Part shown: positions 35,423 through 54,236 of the stretch, one piece after another
Layout: each line of letters starts with the position of its first letter
Position numbering within the stretch: the stretch's first letter is position 1
DNA from: the human T2T-CHM13v2.0 reference genome, Homo sapiens
NCBI RefSeq assembly: GCF_009914755.1
Contig: NC_060935.1
Strand: one strand, 5' to 3'
Length of the DNA stretch: 64,000 nucleotides
The notes under the pieces: model-generated
What the model was told of the DNA's origin: nothing
Databases searched by the model: none
The model's input: the letters and a program-made list of their open reading frames with translations, nothing else
Made by a program: the position numbers and the translations under genes

Positions 35423-37502
35423 TGTATTTGTTATCTGTACTGTATAGCAGATTACCACAACCTACTAGCTTAAAACAACTCACATTTTGGCATCTTAAAA
35501 TCAATGGATCTAATGACCATATCAAGAAAAAAGGACAAAAACCATATGATCATCTCAAAGGATTGCAGAAAAAAGTGTGGAACAAAATCTAACACCTCTT
35601 CATGACAAAAACACTCAACAAACCAGTAATAGCAGGAAACTTCTTTAACCTGATGAAGAGAATCTATGAAAGTCCTACCAAAAAAGCTAACACCAGACTT
35701 ACTGGTAAAAGACTGAATGATTTCCCCCTAAGATTAGGGTAAGACAAGGATATCTGCTTTTACCACTTCTATTCAACACTGTACTTTAGGTTTTCAACAG
35801 GGCAAATAGGTAAGAAAATGAAATAAAAGTCATCAAGATTGGAAAGGAAGAATAAAACTATCTGTATTTGTTGATGACATGAGCTTGTCTTTAGAAAATC
35901 CTAAGGCACCCACTAAAAAATGATTAGAACTAATAATCAAGTTCAGCAAGGTCGCAGCATCCGATATCAATATGCAAAAATTAATTGTATTTCTATACAC
36001 TTGCAATCTGAAAATAAAATTAAGAAAAACAATTTCATGTAGAAGAGCATCAAAAAGAATTAAACACTTAGAAATAAATTTAACAAAAAAGTACAAAATT
36101 TATACTCTGAAAACTACCAAGCATTGTTGAAAGAAATTAAAGAATATCTAAATAAATGGGAAAATATTTCACATTTGTGGATCATAAGACTTAATATTAT
36201 TAAGATGTCAACCCTCCCCAAATTGGTGTACAGATTCAACATAATTCTACTCAACATCCCAGATGATTCTTTGCAAAAATTGACAAGTGGATTTTGAAAT
36301 TTATGTGAAAATTCAAGAAGTTTAAATAACAAGACAAAACAAAACAAACTTGAAAAAGAACAAAGCTGGATGACTCCCACTTCCCAATTTCGAATGTACT
36401 ACAAAGCTATAGACAATGTGGAACTGGCATAAGGATAGACATGTAGATCAATGTAATAAAATTAAGAGGAAGAAAATAAACTTTCATGAAATTTATGGTC
36501 AGTTGATGTTCAATAAGATTGCCAAAGCAATTCACAGGGAAAAAGTATACTCTTTTCAACAAATGATGCTGGGACAACAGGAAAGCCAGATGCAAAAGAA
36601 TGAAATTGGAACCCTACCTTATATCATATGCAAAAATTAACTCAAAATGAATCAGAGACCTAAATGCAAAAGCTAAAATTATTAAACTGTTAGGAGAAAA
36701 TATAAGGATAAGTCTTCATGACCTTAAATTAGGCAATAGATTCTTAGATATGACACCAAAAGCACAGGCAACAAAAGAAAAAATAGATAAAAGGAACTTT
36801 ATTAAAATTAAAAACTTTTCTATTTCAAAGGACACCACCAACAAAAAGACAACCTGGAGAATGGGGAAAAATATTTGCAAATAATATATCTGATAAAGCA
36901 CTTGTATTGAGAATACCTAAAGACCTCTTAAAACTCAATAGTAAAATGACAATCCAGTTTAAAAATGGGTGAAGAATATGAAGAGACATTTCTCCAAAGC
37001 AGATAATGGTTGCACAACTCTAAATATACTAAAAACCATTGAGTTGTACACTGTAAATGGGTGAATTAAATATCAATAAAGCTCACTGACACACACACAC
37101 ACACACATTTATTGTCTCATAATTTCTGTGAGTCAAGGGTCCATGTTCTGTGGGTCAAGGGTTGCAATCAAGGTGTCAGCCAAGGCTGGGTTTTCCTGAA
37201 ATTTGATTGGAGAAGGATCCACTTCCAAGCTCCCTCAAGTTGGCAGAATTCATTTCCTTGTGGCTGTCAGATTAATGGTAACTTTCTTCTTCAAAGCTAG
37301 CAATGGAGAGAGAGGCTCTAACAAGATGGGTGCTATATGATCATATAAACATAATCATGTACCTACCTCATCATCTCTACTGCATTCTGTTGGTTAGAAA
37401 CAAGTCATACTTGCTGACCATATTTGAGGGGAAAAATTATTAAAAAGTGTTAATTAAAGGAGGTGGGAATCATGTGGACCATTTTAAAGTTTGTCTACCA
37501 CA
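35423..37502 (-). mobile_element. MLT1-type LTR split by an L1 (35423-35487 and ~37105-37502)
   Basis: ...gcttaaaacaactcacattt resumes as cacatttattgtctcataatttctg. Confidence 0.75.
35495..37085 (+). mobile_element. L1MB-type ORF2/3' fragment
   Basis: Decayed RT region (tttgttgatgacatg, F-x-DD), WHKDRHVDQ, aataaa near 37075. Confidence 0.9.
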
Positions 37503-38460
37503 GTAACATTCTTAGGACCAATTTTTATAATTATGCAAACTAAATTAATTTCTAGTACCATTTCTGATCCTAGTTTGTAGAGGAGCTTCTTGACTGCTAT
37601 TTTGGTATTATTTTCAAATTTCTAACGTATAATCATTACTATTAATTGTTACAATTTATGGAGTATTTGCTTAGGGGCTGACATTACTATGTACTTTTTA
37701 TATATTATTCTATTTCATACTTGGAAAAACCTATGAGGAAACACAGGCTCATTGAGGCTATTTCTTCCAAGGTCACATAGCTAGTAAGTGATGGAGCTGG
37801 AATTTAACTGAGGTATTAGGAATCCAAAGCCTACCATGCCTTTAAATACTATCATATAGTAATTAGATTAACGTGTGTTTGTGTGTATGTTTGTTGTGTA
37901 TGTTTCAAGCATTAAGAATGTGTTATTATAATTTCTATTGGAGTAAGCCTAAGTAGAAATATCATTTATTGTTTAACTAAAAAGCGTTAGACATTTTATT
38001 AGGCACTGGTGGTACAAGGCAAACTAAACGGACTGTTTATTAACTCCTTCTGTGGTCTTAGACAACCTTGGCCTACTTTGCTTAATGTTTTTTGTGGCTA
38101 CGTTATTTGGTACATATATACATAGAATTCTTATAGCTTCCTGTTGGGTAGACTCCTCTATAATTATGAATTCTCTCTTTTTGTCTTTAATAATGCTATT
38201 TCCTTGACATCTATTTAAATATAGCTATACCAGCATTCCTTTGATTAGTGTTTTTGTGGTATATCTTTTTCCATCACTTTACTTTCCTCCATTCTGTGGA
38301 CATATGTTTTGGGGCCTCTATTGTAAGTAAAGATTATTTTTTAAAAAAACCTACTCATAAAATATTTCCTTTTAATTGGAATTTTTAGTCCATTTACAAT
38401 TAATGCAATTACTGATATATTTTGGTCTAAAACTTTCATCTTTGTATTTGCCTCATTTGT

Positions 38461-38799
38461 TGATATGGTCTGACTCTATGTTCCCACACAAATCTCCTCT
38501 TGAATTGTAATCTGAATTGTAAGCTCCATGTGTTGGGGGAGGGACCTCTAGAGAGGTAATTGAATCATGGGGGTGGTTACCCCCATGTTACTGCTCTTGT
38601 AATAGTGAATGAGTTCTCATGAGATCTGATGGTTTTAAAAGGGGCTTTTCCCTCTTTGCTTGGCACTTGTCCTTCCTGCCATCATGTGAAAATTGACGTG
38701 TCTGCTTCCCCTTCTGCCATGATTGTAAGTTTCCTAAGGCCTCCCCAACCATGCAGTCTTGGGCAGTTCTTTATAGCAGTGTGAGAACAGACTAATACA
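38461..38799 (+). mobile_element. THE1D/MSTA-like solo LTR
   Basis: tgatatggtc...gactaataca. Confidence 0.85.
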
Positions 38800-39126
38800 C
38801 TCATTCTCTGTTCCTCTTTCTCTTTTATTTCCTTCTTTGAAATTATTTTTTATTTTTTCTTTTATTTACTCATTCATTATATACTTTTAAAGTGGTTACC
38901 CTGGAGATAAAGAAAAAATCCTTTTCTTTTTCGTCACTTTCTGGCCAATGTAACACTTTAAACCCTCCTCCTTTCTTATGTACTATTATATAATTCTCTA
39001 TATATTTAAAGCATTATAAGATATTATTATTGTTCCATTAATTCAATTTTGATTTAAATTTATCCACATATTTTCCCCATTCATTTGCTCTTTACTTATT
39101 TTTTTGTCTTTTTATGCTTCCTTCTG

Positions 39127-39478
39127 TACGTAGTTGTCCCAGTATCCATGCGGGATTGGTTCTAGGACCTTCTCTGGATACCAAAATTCATAGATGCTCA
39201 AGCCTCTGAGTTGAAATGGTGTCACATTTGCATATAACTTGACTGCTATTTTGGGATTGTCCTCCTGTGTACTTTATATTATCTCTAGATTACTTATAAT
39301 ACGTAAGACATTGTAAATGTAATGCAAATACTTGTTACTCTGCATTGTTTAGGATGTACTAACAAGAAGAAAAGTCTGTACATGTTCAGTATAGATGCAG
39401 TTTTGTTTTGAATATTTTCAATCTGTGGTTGGTTGACTGTATGAATGCAGAACCCACGGATATGAAGAGTCAACTATA
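39127..39478. mobile_element. MER2 (Tigger-family MITE)
   Basis: Inverted termini tagttgtcccagtatccatg / cacggatatgaagagtcaacta with TA flanks. Confidence 0.85.
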
Positions 39479-39632
39479 TTTTCTTTTAGTTCACCAATTC
39501 CCTCTCATCTATCTATAATATGCTGCTAAATATATCCATTAAATTCTTCATTTCAATTATTGGAATTTTTAATTCTAGAATTTCCATTTAATTCCTTTTG
39601 ATAGTTTTTCTGCCAAAATTTTTCTATTTTGA

Positions 39633-39999
<367 letters not shown>

Positions 40000-40071
40000 A
40001 GGATGTTTTTTAAAATTTATTTTTTATTGTATATATTTAAGGTGTACAACACGATATTTTGATATACATGT

Positions 40072-40425
40072 TGATGTGATTCGCCTCTTTGTCCCCACCC
40101 AAATCTAATTTGAATTGTACTCCCATAATTCCCATGTGTTGTGGGAGGGACCCGGTGGGAGATAATTGAATCATGGGGGCAGTTTCCCACATACTGTTCT
40201 TGTGGTAGTGAGTAAGTCTCATGAGATCTGATGGTTTTATTAGGGGTTTCCGCTTTTGTGCCTTCCTCATTCTCTCTTCGCCTGCTGCCATCCATGTAAC
40301 ACAGGACTTGCTCCTCCTTGCCTTCTGCCAGAATTGTGAGGCTTCCCCAGCCACTTGGAACTGTAAGTCCAATTAAAACTCTTTCTTCTGTAAATTGCCC
40401 AGTTTCAGGTATGTCTCTGTGAGCA
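40072..40425 (+). mobile_element. THE1B LTR, 3' terminus missing
   Basis: tgtactcccataattccc...ttgcccagtttcaggtatgtct. Confidence 0.85.
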
Positions 40426-41032
40426 TTATCTATTTCTTGTTGACATTTTCTCCAGAGTTTCAGTCTTTTGCGGTACCAACCAAAAGCCTTTGGGGTTTAC
40501 TGAATCCCTTCTTCTTGGAAGACCATGAACTTTATTTTTTGTCACTCTAGCTCTGTGGTTTCTGAAAACGTCACTCAGTTTCTCAGCCTCTCTACCATTG
40601 CTTTTACATTTAGAATTGGCACTTAACTCTAGGGAAGCCTCAAATGCTAAGCTAACCTCTTGTATTTCTCCATTTTATTCTTACCGTTCCCTAAAATTTT
40701 TATAATCATAGCAGTTTTACTATGCCTCCAAACAGATTTTTAAAATATTTTGTTTAGATTGTTCCACCGTTTTTAGAGAAAGATTTGGACTCAAATAACC
40801 TAGTCTGCCATTGCCTCTAGAAGTAGGGGCACCACTTAGTTTTTTAAGATGCTCTTCTGAGCTTGACTTACTGTGCAAAGTAATACCATAGCCGCAGAAT
40901 TTAAAATAAGACTTTTCTGCTTACTATGGAAGAAAGGAGGGAAGTGCTTACCAACCAGAAGTTCGGTGACCACCACCATATCCTAGGTCTTTAGCCCCTG
41001 AAAATCATGGCCTTTTTTTTTTAATGCACAAG

Positions 41033-41078
41033 TATAGTGCAAGATCTCCTCTGAGAACTGGCTTATGGTTAGCAAGAG
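41033..41078 (+). pseudogene. Fossil exon, second DH helix 1: IVQDLL*ELAYG*QE; donor mutated (GAG|ATGAGT)
   Basis: Register matches DH VIxELLxTExxY (one residue short) and joins in phase 0 to 41300; 5' boundary uncertain. Confidence 0.5.
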
Positions 41079-41299
41079 ATGAGTTGGTCTTTTGGTACTT
41101 AGGTGGGAAAGAGCTCATGATACTCAGGGGAAGTGAGGGAAACCTAATAGTCCTGCATTAGGGAATTTCAAAAAGTTTTTGTAAGAGATACTGATAACGT
41201 GCATTTTTGAGATATCTATCATTTTGTTGAGATTTTAACTTTTTTGACAACATTTTACATTTTGTACATCTTTCTTTTTTATATCATGTTACATTACAG

Positions 41300-41700
41300 A
41301 GAGAGATGCAGGACTTACTTCTTCCTCACTTGGTACTGGCTAGTACTGTTTCAGCTGGGGAAGGAGACTTGGAAAATAGTATCTTTTCCAATATTTAGTA
41401 GAAAGAAGGGAAGGCATTTATCTCTTTGCTCTAGCCTGCTTTCAAAAAGGACTAGAGAATTTCTGAAAAAGTTCTCTGACTTCTTGGAAACTCCCTATTC
41501 CAACAATGGCTTTGGCTAAAATTTATGCTTTTCTTGGGGCCTGTTGATTATTCTCTAAATAGTGTGCTAATGCATGGAAAACTTCCAAAGTGGCTGTCAT
41601 CTTGAGTGACACAATTATAGCCTGTGTACAAACCCTTGATAAGAAAATGGAAAAGAAAAAAAAATCATCAAGATAAAAAAATTGCCTGAAGATAATGAAG
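41300..41700 (+). pseudogene. Fossil exon, DH core: REMQDLLLPHL..ENSIFSNI..REFLKKFSDFL..LAKIYAFLGAC*LFSK*CAN..KLPEDNE
   Basis: Acceptor tttctttttt..acattacag|, donor AAG|GTGAGC; DH motifs in correct order over three frames. Confidence 0.65.
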
Positions 41701-41859
41701 GTGAGCAATGAATAGTGAAGGGCACAGAACTGCTTTTTTTTCCAGGGATGGGAAAAAGAGGCAGAGAGGGAAAAGTTCCATGTTGATCCCAGGGGACAAT
41801 TCCTTACCTTCCTTGTTCGCCTGATAGTCAAGTGAGAAATGGCTTGCATGACAAGATAC

Positions 41860-42314
41860 TGCATGGAAAAAGCCTGGGCTTTAGAGGATAAGGAAGGAAG
41901 ACCATGTACTGGTTCTACCACTTAATCAGTACATCATCTGTGAATATTATTCACATCTTCGAGGCTCATCTGTAAGATGGGGATAATTCTTCCTTCACTG
42001 GCTTGTTACGAGTATGAATGTAGAAACCACTGTGAAAGTGTAATATTAGCAGCATCAGATAGAAAAAAGAAAAGCCTGGTTTGGTTACTTTATTGTTATG
42101 GTTAAATGTGGATTTTGGCAGCAGACAAACTTGAGTTTGAATACCACTTTCTACTTCCTCATCTTTCAGAATTAAATGAAGTGATGCACGTAAAATGCTT
42201 AGTGTAGTTTCTGTCATACGGCGAATAAGGGTTTATGTGCCCAGTAAGGGTTATCTGCTATTATTATTGTTCTGGTGATGATGATGATGATGATGATCAT
42301 GATCATGATGATGC
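41860..42314 (+). mobile_element. Two MIR fragments ending in (GAT)n
   Basis: ctcatctgtaagatggggataat; taaaatgcttag...tattattatt. Confidence 0.7.
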
Positions 42315-42719
42315 AGGGGATCTGCTTATTTGTTTTTGCCCATTTGGTGATCAGAACATTGTTTATTATAGTCAGATTTGGCTTTCCAAGTCCAAACATA
42401 TGTCTTTAATTAAATAGCATTTTAATGTAAGATCTAAATAGATTGACAAAAGCATTTCGGGAGAATTTCTGAATTCATGCTCTAGAATGAGAATTAGATA
42501 CAGTTCATTCTACCTTAACCTCAGCATAAATATATGCAGCCAGTTAAAAATGACCTAGAAAGTGTTCTGAGGAAAACATCTACTGGTTCCTCACTAAGGA
42601 ACAGATGAACATCCTTATCAGAGAAGTTACGGGGATATGTTTGTTTTGGCTTGGCATGTATTTCTCTTACTCCATTCTAGAGAGTCCCATCTGTGCCATC
42701 TGATGCTCTTGTTTTACAG

Positions 42720-42833
42720 TATTTGAGCTGAGATCCTACCTTCCTGTATAACAAGAACCTTAACATCACAGTCAGCTCTTGATTATCTGAGCCAGACAGA
42801 CTGGTTTGAAGAGCAAGATATAGCAGTGACCTG
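42720..42833 (+). pseudogene. Fossil exon, DH CR3-like: (V)FELRSYL..ALDYLSQTDWFEEQD
   Basis: Acceptor tgatgctcttgttttacag|, consensus donor CTG|GTAAGT; phase-1 join to 41700 gives PEDNEVFELRSYL. Confidence 0.65.
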
Positions 42834-43254
42834 GTAAGTGCTTACCTTCCTAGAAGTACTAGGGAGCTAAGTGGATTGCTATTTACCCTTCCCGCCTTGG
42901 GACTAGGAGAAGGGCGACAAAATCTGAAGCTGAGCTTAAGAGATGATAGAGAAGCTGAGAATGAGAAAATGCTCTACTTTAAAGGAGGTTGTAGGCCTAT
43001 ATGCAGAGTTAAGTTGGCAACAGAAAAAACATTGAATTTTTAAATTATTTTTTCTACTTTCCTTGACATTATATTGCCTTTCTTTTTTCCAGCTTCTTGA
43101 TTTAAATGCCTAATCTATTAGAGATAGTATATATATCGGGAACGAAAGAGATGAAAGGGAATGACTTTTTCTCTGAATAATGCTTTGGCTGGACCCTACA
43201 GGGTTGAATATGTAATTATTTTCTTTTTTTTAATTACATTCCAGATATTTTATA

Positions 43255-43790
43255 CATAAGTTAGGATTCTTTCTGTAGCAAATAACAGAAAACTGACAAT
43301 TGCCTTGAGGAGTTGTTTTTCCTAAGAAGTTTGAGGTAGGAGGGTTTCAGGGCTGGTTTATTCTGATCATTCTGTTCTGCCACATTTAGTATATGGGGAT
43401 TGTTCTTAAGTAGGTTTTCTTCATGTTGGTAAGGTGCAGCTTTGAGTGTCACATGCCCATGACAATTTTCAGACGTAGAAAGGGGACAGTTTCTTTTTAG
43501 CATTGAAGTAAACCTTTTGTGAGAAGACATTCTTCTGACTTCCCTTCAAAGTTCATTTGTCAGGATGTTTCATGTGACCATTTCTGATCACTAGTGATAG
43601 TAGTGAGACCGCTATGATTAGATTCAGACCAAACAAGATTCTACCCCCTAGAAACAGGAGTGGAACCTACCTCACCTGAAACAGATGACTTCTTGGAGAA
43701 GAGGGAATATTTTAAAAAATCAGGTAAAATTTGAAATAAGAAAGGAAGAAAGAAAAAATGGTTATTGAAAATGCAATCAGCATTAGCTGC
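43255..43790 (-). mobile_element. Old MLT1 (J-like) LTR
   Basis: taagttaggattctttctgtagcaaataacagaaaac start. Confidence 0.55.
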
Positions 43791-44668
43791 TACTTCCTGC
43801 AATTGTAGTTTTAGTTACCTCTTAAACTTAGTAGTTATGTAGGGTCTTAGAGAAAGTTTTAAGATTTAAAAATGGTCAAGGATTTTGGTTTGTTTCTACT
43901 TAATTTTGGATTGTGGTTAATAATGTGGTTTGATGCTTTTACTTTTTAGAATTTTTGAGTTTATTTTTGTTTAAGGTATAGAGAATGTTTGCATTTTATG
44001 ACCACATGAGAAGAAAAGAGTAGTTTTTGTTCTTGGGTCAATATTGTTAACTACATCATTCAGATTTTATATATTTCTATCTTTTATTAACTTGGTATTT
44101 TTCTAAATGTTCTATTTTGGAATAATTTTAGATTTACAGAAAAGTTTGCAAAAATGGTACAGTTTCCCCACACTTACCTAGTACAGATAGTTCCCCCTTT
44201 GTCTACCTTTCCTGAATGTTAATCAGCATAACTGCAGTATATATGAAAAAAACTAAGAACTTAACATGGGTACAATTCTGTTATCTAAATTACAGAGTTT
44301 GTTCAGATTTTACTAATTTTCCTACTAATGTTTAACTTGATCTTTAAAGACTGAGAAAGCTGTATTAAAATACCTCATTGCTATTGGAATTTGGCCTCCT
44401 TTTACTTTGCATTTCCAATAATTTTTTGGCTTCGTATGTTTTAATTCTGTATAATTTACCACATATAGCTTTAAGATAATTTTACGTTAATGTGGATCTT
44501 ACCCTTCATCAGTATAATGTGATCTTTTAAATCCCATTTAATGACCTTTTTTTGAACTCAGCATTTTCTGAGGAAGACAAACCCTGACTTTTTGTTTTTG
44601 TTTTTAAATTTTCCTAGTATTCCTTTCCTATTCTTTTATTTTCAGCTTTATGCGTAATTTTGTTTGAA

Positions 44669-45148
44669 TGTGTATAAGTCAAGGTCCTGGCAGGAAACAG
44701 ATGCCATGCTCAAATTCGGTAACTTGATGAGAATTTAATAAAGGGACTGTTTAGAGAGGTGTGAGCAAGGGTGTGGAGAAACCACAGGGACAGCGTAGCA
44801 CCCTTGGACTTAACCATTGGGCAACATTACCACCCCTTCTTTGCCTGACAGAGCCTGAAGAGAAGGTGCAGCCTAATGGCAGCTATGGCCCTTGGAGGCA
44901 GGAGGCAGCCCACTGTGGTGATTCTGCACAAGGGAGCCAGGGAGATAATGCCCCAACCTCACTCTCCTCCCTCCTTCCCTCCCTCCCTCTCTCAGACCTC
45001 AGCCTGGTGCTTCCTATGACCAAACCCAGCTGGAAGCTGGAGGCAAGGCCATGTGTGAATACATTGGTATTGGTTGGCCTCCTGGTTCAGAAAGCAGTGG
45101 AGTGTAACAGAGTAGATCTAGAAAGCAAATGAAAGCGATCTAGTAAAA
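44669..45148. mobile_element. LTR33 (ERVL) solo LTR within L1ME
   Basis: caggaaacagatgcc...tttaataaagggactgtt motif. Confidence 0.7.
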
Positions 45149-45457
45149 GTTGTATTGTTTTTCTATAGAGCATTTATGGCTAGATTTAGTTCATATTAAA
45201 TCTAATCTGAGAATTCTTTTTATGCATTAGGTTAACTTTTCATATTAACATTTACTGTTGTAATAGATGTGTTTAGTTTTTATCTGTCATCTAATTTCTA
45301 TTTTCTGCTTTTTTTTTAATTCTTTCTTGCTAGTTTCTAGTATTCTATTGTTGCATGTTTGTTTGCTTTTTTATCTTTTCTGCTTCATTAATTTGGATGG
45401 TATTCAGCTCTACTACTTGGTAAGTCTGCATATATATACTTAACATAGTTAAACATA

Positions 45458-46055
45458 ATAGCCATGTTCCATGTTCCTTATAATGATGTTTCAGTCAGTG
45501 GTAGGCTGCATATACAGTGGTGGTTCCATAAGATTACAATGGAACTGAAAAATTCCTATCACCTAGTGACACTATAGCTGTTGTAACACAGTAGCTCAAT
45601 TACTTTATTTAAAAAATAAATGTAGTGTAGCCTAAGTATACAGTGTTAATAAAGTCTACAGTAGCGTACAGTAATGTCCTAGGCCTTCACATTCACTCAC
45701 CACTCACTGATTCATTCAGAGCAGCTCCCTGTCCTGCAAGCCCTATTCATGGTAAGTGCCCTATACAGGTGGTACCATTTAAAAAAATCTTTTATACTGT
45801 ATTTTTACTGTACCTTTCCTATGTTTAAATACACAAATGCTTACTATTGTATTCCAATTGCCTATAGTATTCAGTATAGTAACATGCTGTACAGGTTTGT
45901 AGCCTGGGAGCACTAGGCTACCATATAGCCTAGGTGCGAAGTAGGCTATATCATCTAGGTTTAGGGAAAGTACACTCTGTGATGCTCACACAGTGATGAC
46001 ATCCCCTAACAACACATTTCTCAGAACATATCCCTGTTAAGTGACACATGACTGT
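45458..46055. mobile_element. Tigger3/Golem derivative
   Basis: ggtggttccataagattacaatgg...aagtgacacatgactg terminus. Confidence 0.85.
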
Positions 46056-46818
46056 GCTGTTAGTCTTAGATTATCAACTTTATAGATTAAACAATATCTG
46101 CAGACAGCCCCATCTCCCATGAAAGATAAAAAAAAATTAGTACACATACTTCCTCACGCATCCCCACTTGTAAGATTTTATTGGTATAATCTGGGATTTT
46201 TGTTTCAGCTTATAATACATACCTTTTTCTAACGTGCTTTTTATGTCAAGAATTATACATTTCACCTTGTATTTTGTAAGTATGTTAGCTTTAGTTACAA
46301 CACTTAAAGGCTTACAAGGATTCATTGCTCTGGGTAACTGTGCTGACTTGAGGCCAGATTCTGTCCTGTGCTATGTTCTTCTATTTTGGAGTGAGCTAGT
46401 CATATTTGCATAAAATCTTAGAGATTCCTGGCTTTTGGTTTGAAAAGGCTTGTTATTTTTTCCTCCCACCAGCTAGGCCTCTTGCCTTATCCTTAGGGGC
46501 ATCTTCTCTTGTTTCCCGCCCATGCTGTGCTCAGGAAGTTATTTGCGCTGGGGAAAGGTAGTTTTCTGTGGGACATTCCACAGTTTTCCTCTGCCCCATT
46601 TTAGCCCTGGTCCCTCTTACTCCCATTTATGTGGTAGGGTGGGTATCAGTAAGATTTTAAATAATTTTTTCCTTTTAGTATTCATGGCTCTGTTTTGCAT
46701 TCTCTTTGTCAGCTCCTAGAGTCAAATAATTTTAATTTCAGTTACAGGATAATAGTTCTTTGTGGTGTGAGACTGAGATCCTTACAGTTTCAATGTTGAT
46801 GGTATATTTGCTATTTAC

Positions 46819-46872
46819 TTCACTTACGTAGGTTTGTTCACTTACGTAGGTTTGTTCACGTATGTAGGTTTT
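46819..46872. repeat. 18-bp tandem repeat x3 (ttcacttacgtaggtttg)
   Basis: Two perfect copies, third diverged. Confidence 0.9.
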
Positions 46873-47504
46873 GGATAACAAAGTTTTATAAACTTGCCCA
46901 TATACTGTCGTCTTTTCCTGAATTTTTTTTAATGGTTATTTTCCCCAGCTTTATTCAGGTCCAACTGACAAATAAAAATTATATATTTGAGGTGTACAAT
47001 GTGATGTTCTGATACACATATACAACATATACTGGTGAAATGATTGCCACAATGAAACTAATTAATGTATCTATCACCTTGGTAATCGTTTATGCTTTTT
47101 TTTATAAAACACATTCACATTTAAATCTTGAACTCATCTGATACATATTTTTCTGCATGGTATAAACCTGACTTCATTTTGGCCCAGTGTTGGTGTTTTG
47201 TACCAATATAGTTTATTGAATAATCAGTTCGCTCACTCACTTGAAAAACGACCTCTGCTGTGAGCTAAATTCCCATATGCACTTGAGTTCGTTTTTGGCT
47301 TTCCATTTGATCTCACTGATCTCACTGATTTCTGTCATTGCTCTACCTCCTCCCCACCACTCCAAACCCATTCACTGTGTTTGAGGTGTGACTGCCTGAG
47401 CCATTAACTGCTCTTGAATCCAGCATTGCCTGTCCTCTTTCTTCCCCTTAAAGTATGTTTTCTGTCCTCCTTCCCTGTCTGGCCCATTGGTGCCTCTCAT
47501 TCAG

Positions 47505-47642
47505 AGATACTCCGAGTTTTCAGAGGCTCCTGTCAACCTCTCACTCAGTTTGGATTTCTAAGGGACCAGGGAAGGCTTTCAGGACCTGAAACGTCTGTTC
47601 CCATCCACAGTCCTGGCACAGAGGATGAAAGAGATTTGCAAG
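47505..47642 (+). pseudogene. Fossil exon (phase 0-0, 46 codons): RYSEFSEAPVNLSLSLDF*GTREGFQDLKRLFPSTVLAQRMKEICK
   Basis: Pyrimidine-rich acceptor cctctcattcag|, donor AAG|GTGTGA, single TAA. Confidence 0.55.
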
Positions 47643-48339
47643 GTGTGAGCTTTCAACCATCTCCCACCCACAGATCCCTGTACTCCTCCCTACATGGTAA
47701 AATAATTACTTCTCTCTCAGAGCTCCAGCATGACCTCAGGCAGGCCCAGACTCTCAGACTGCCTCATCTCATTACCAGCAAGGTCTTGTCTAAGAACTGC
47801 TCCGTAGAGCTATTTAAAATTTGTTAGTGGGCTTATCTTCCCCAATCTCATGCATATATGGATGACTCCACAAGCTTCCCAGAAAAGTGCACAACTGAAG
47901 ACACATTTTGCTATGTGTGATTGTACAGGGCTGCACAAGAACTCTCAATATTTGAGGAATTTCAACTTTTCAAGAATTTTAGATCTATTGGAACAGAGGC
48001 ATTGGCAGAAATATCATTTTTTCTGTTTCATTTAAAAAAGACAATTTTAGGGAAAATTGATATTTATTATATAGTTACATTTTTAGCACTCTATAAATCT
48101 GAAGCCATGTTGATAGCTGCAGAACATAAAAATGTACTATGGATAACTTGGTTTGCTCATAAAATGGTCATGTTTGGCATATTAAATGTCAAAGCGTGGT
48201 TTATGAAGACAGCAATTATACATTTACTAATTGAATTGACATTCAAACACATTCCAGTTTATAAAAGAAAGAATGACAACACAGTAGTGTTTAAGGAACA
48301 GAGCACCTCACAGTACTTCTAAAAACAGCACATTTCTTT

Positions 48340-54127
<5,788 letters not shown>

Positions 54128-54170
54128 TAAAAATAGCACATTTCTTTCTGCTTCTTTGTGAATTTCACAG

Positions 54171-54236
54171 TTACTGACTCAGGTGGAACTCAGTCAAGAC
54201 TTTCAACTTTCAGAACTTTAGGCCCTCTTTCCCCAT
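54171..54236 (+). pseudogene. Fossil exon (phase 0-0, 22 codons): LLTQVELSQDFQLSEL*ALFPH, followed by GTATCCT
   Basis: Acceptor tttctttctgcttctttgtgaatttcacag|; continues 47642 in frame as a DH C-terminal helix; one TAG. Confidence 0.55.

Noticed and set aside
42505-42610. CCTTAAC U12 branch-like motif with a short open frame
   Set aside because: Too close to the AG, no U12 donor upstream, and 41700-42720 already joins coherently.
47921-48322. 133-aa ORF in AT-rich DNA
   Set aside because: Non-ATG start, no donor, no motif; flanking fossil exons join in frame without it.
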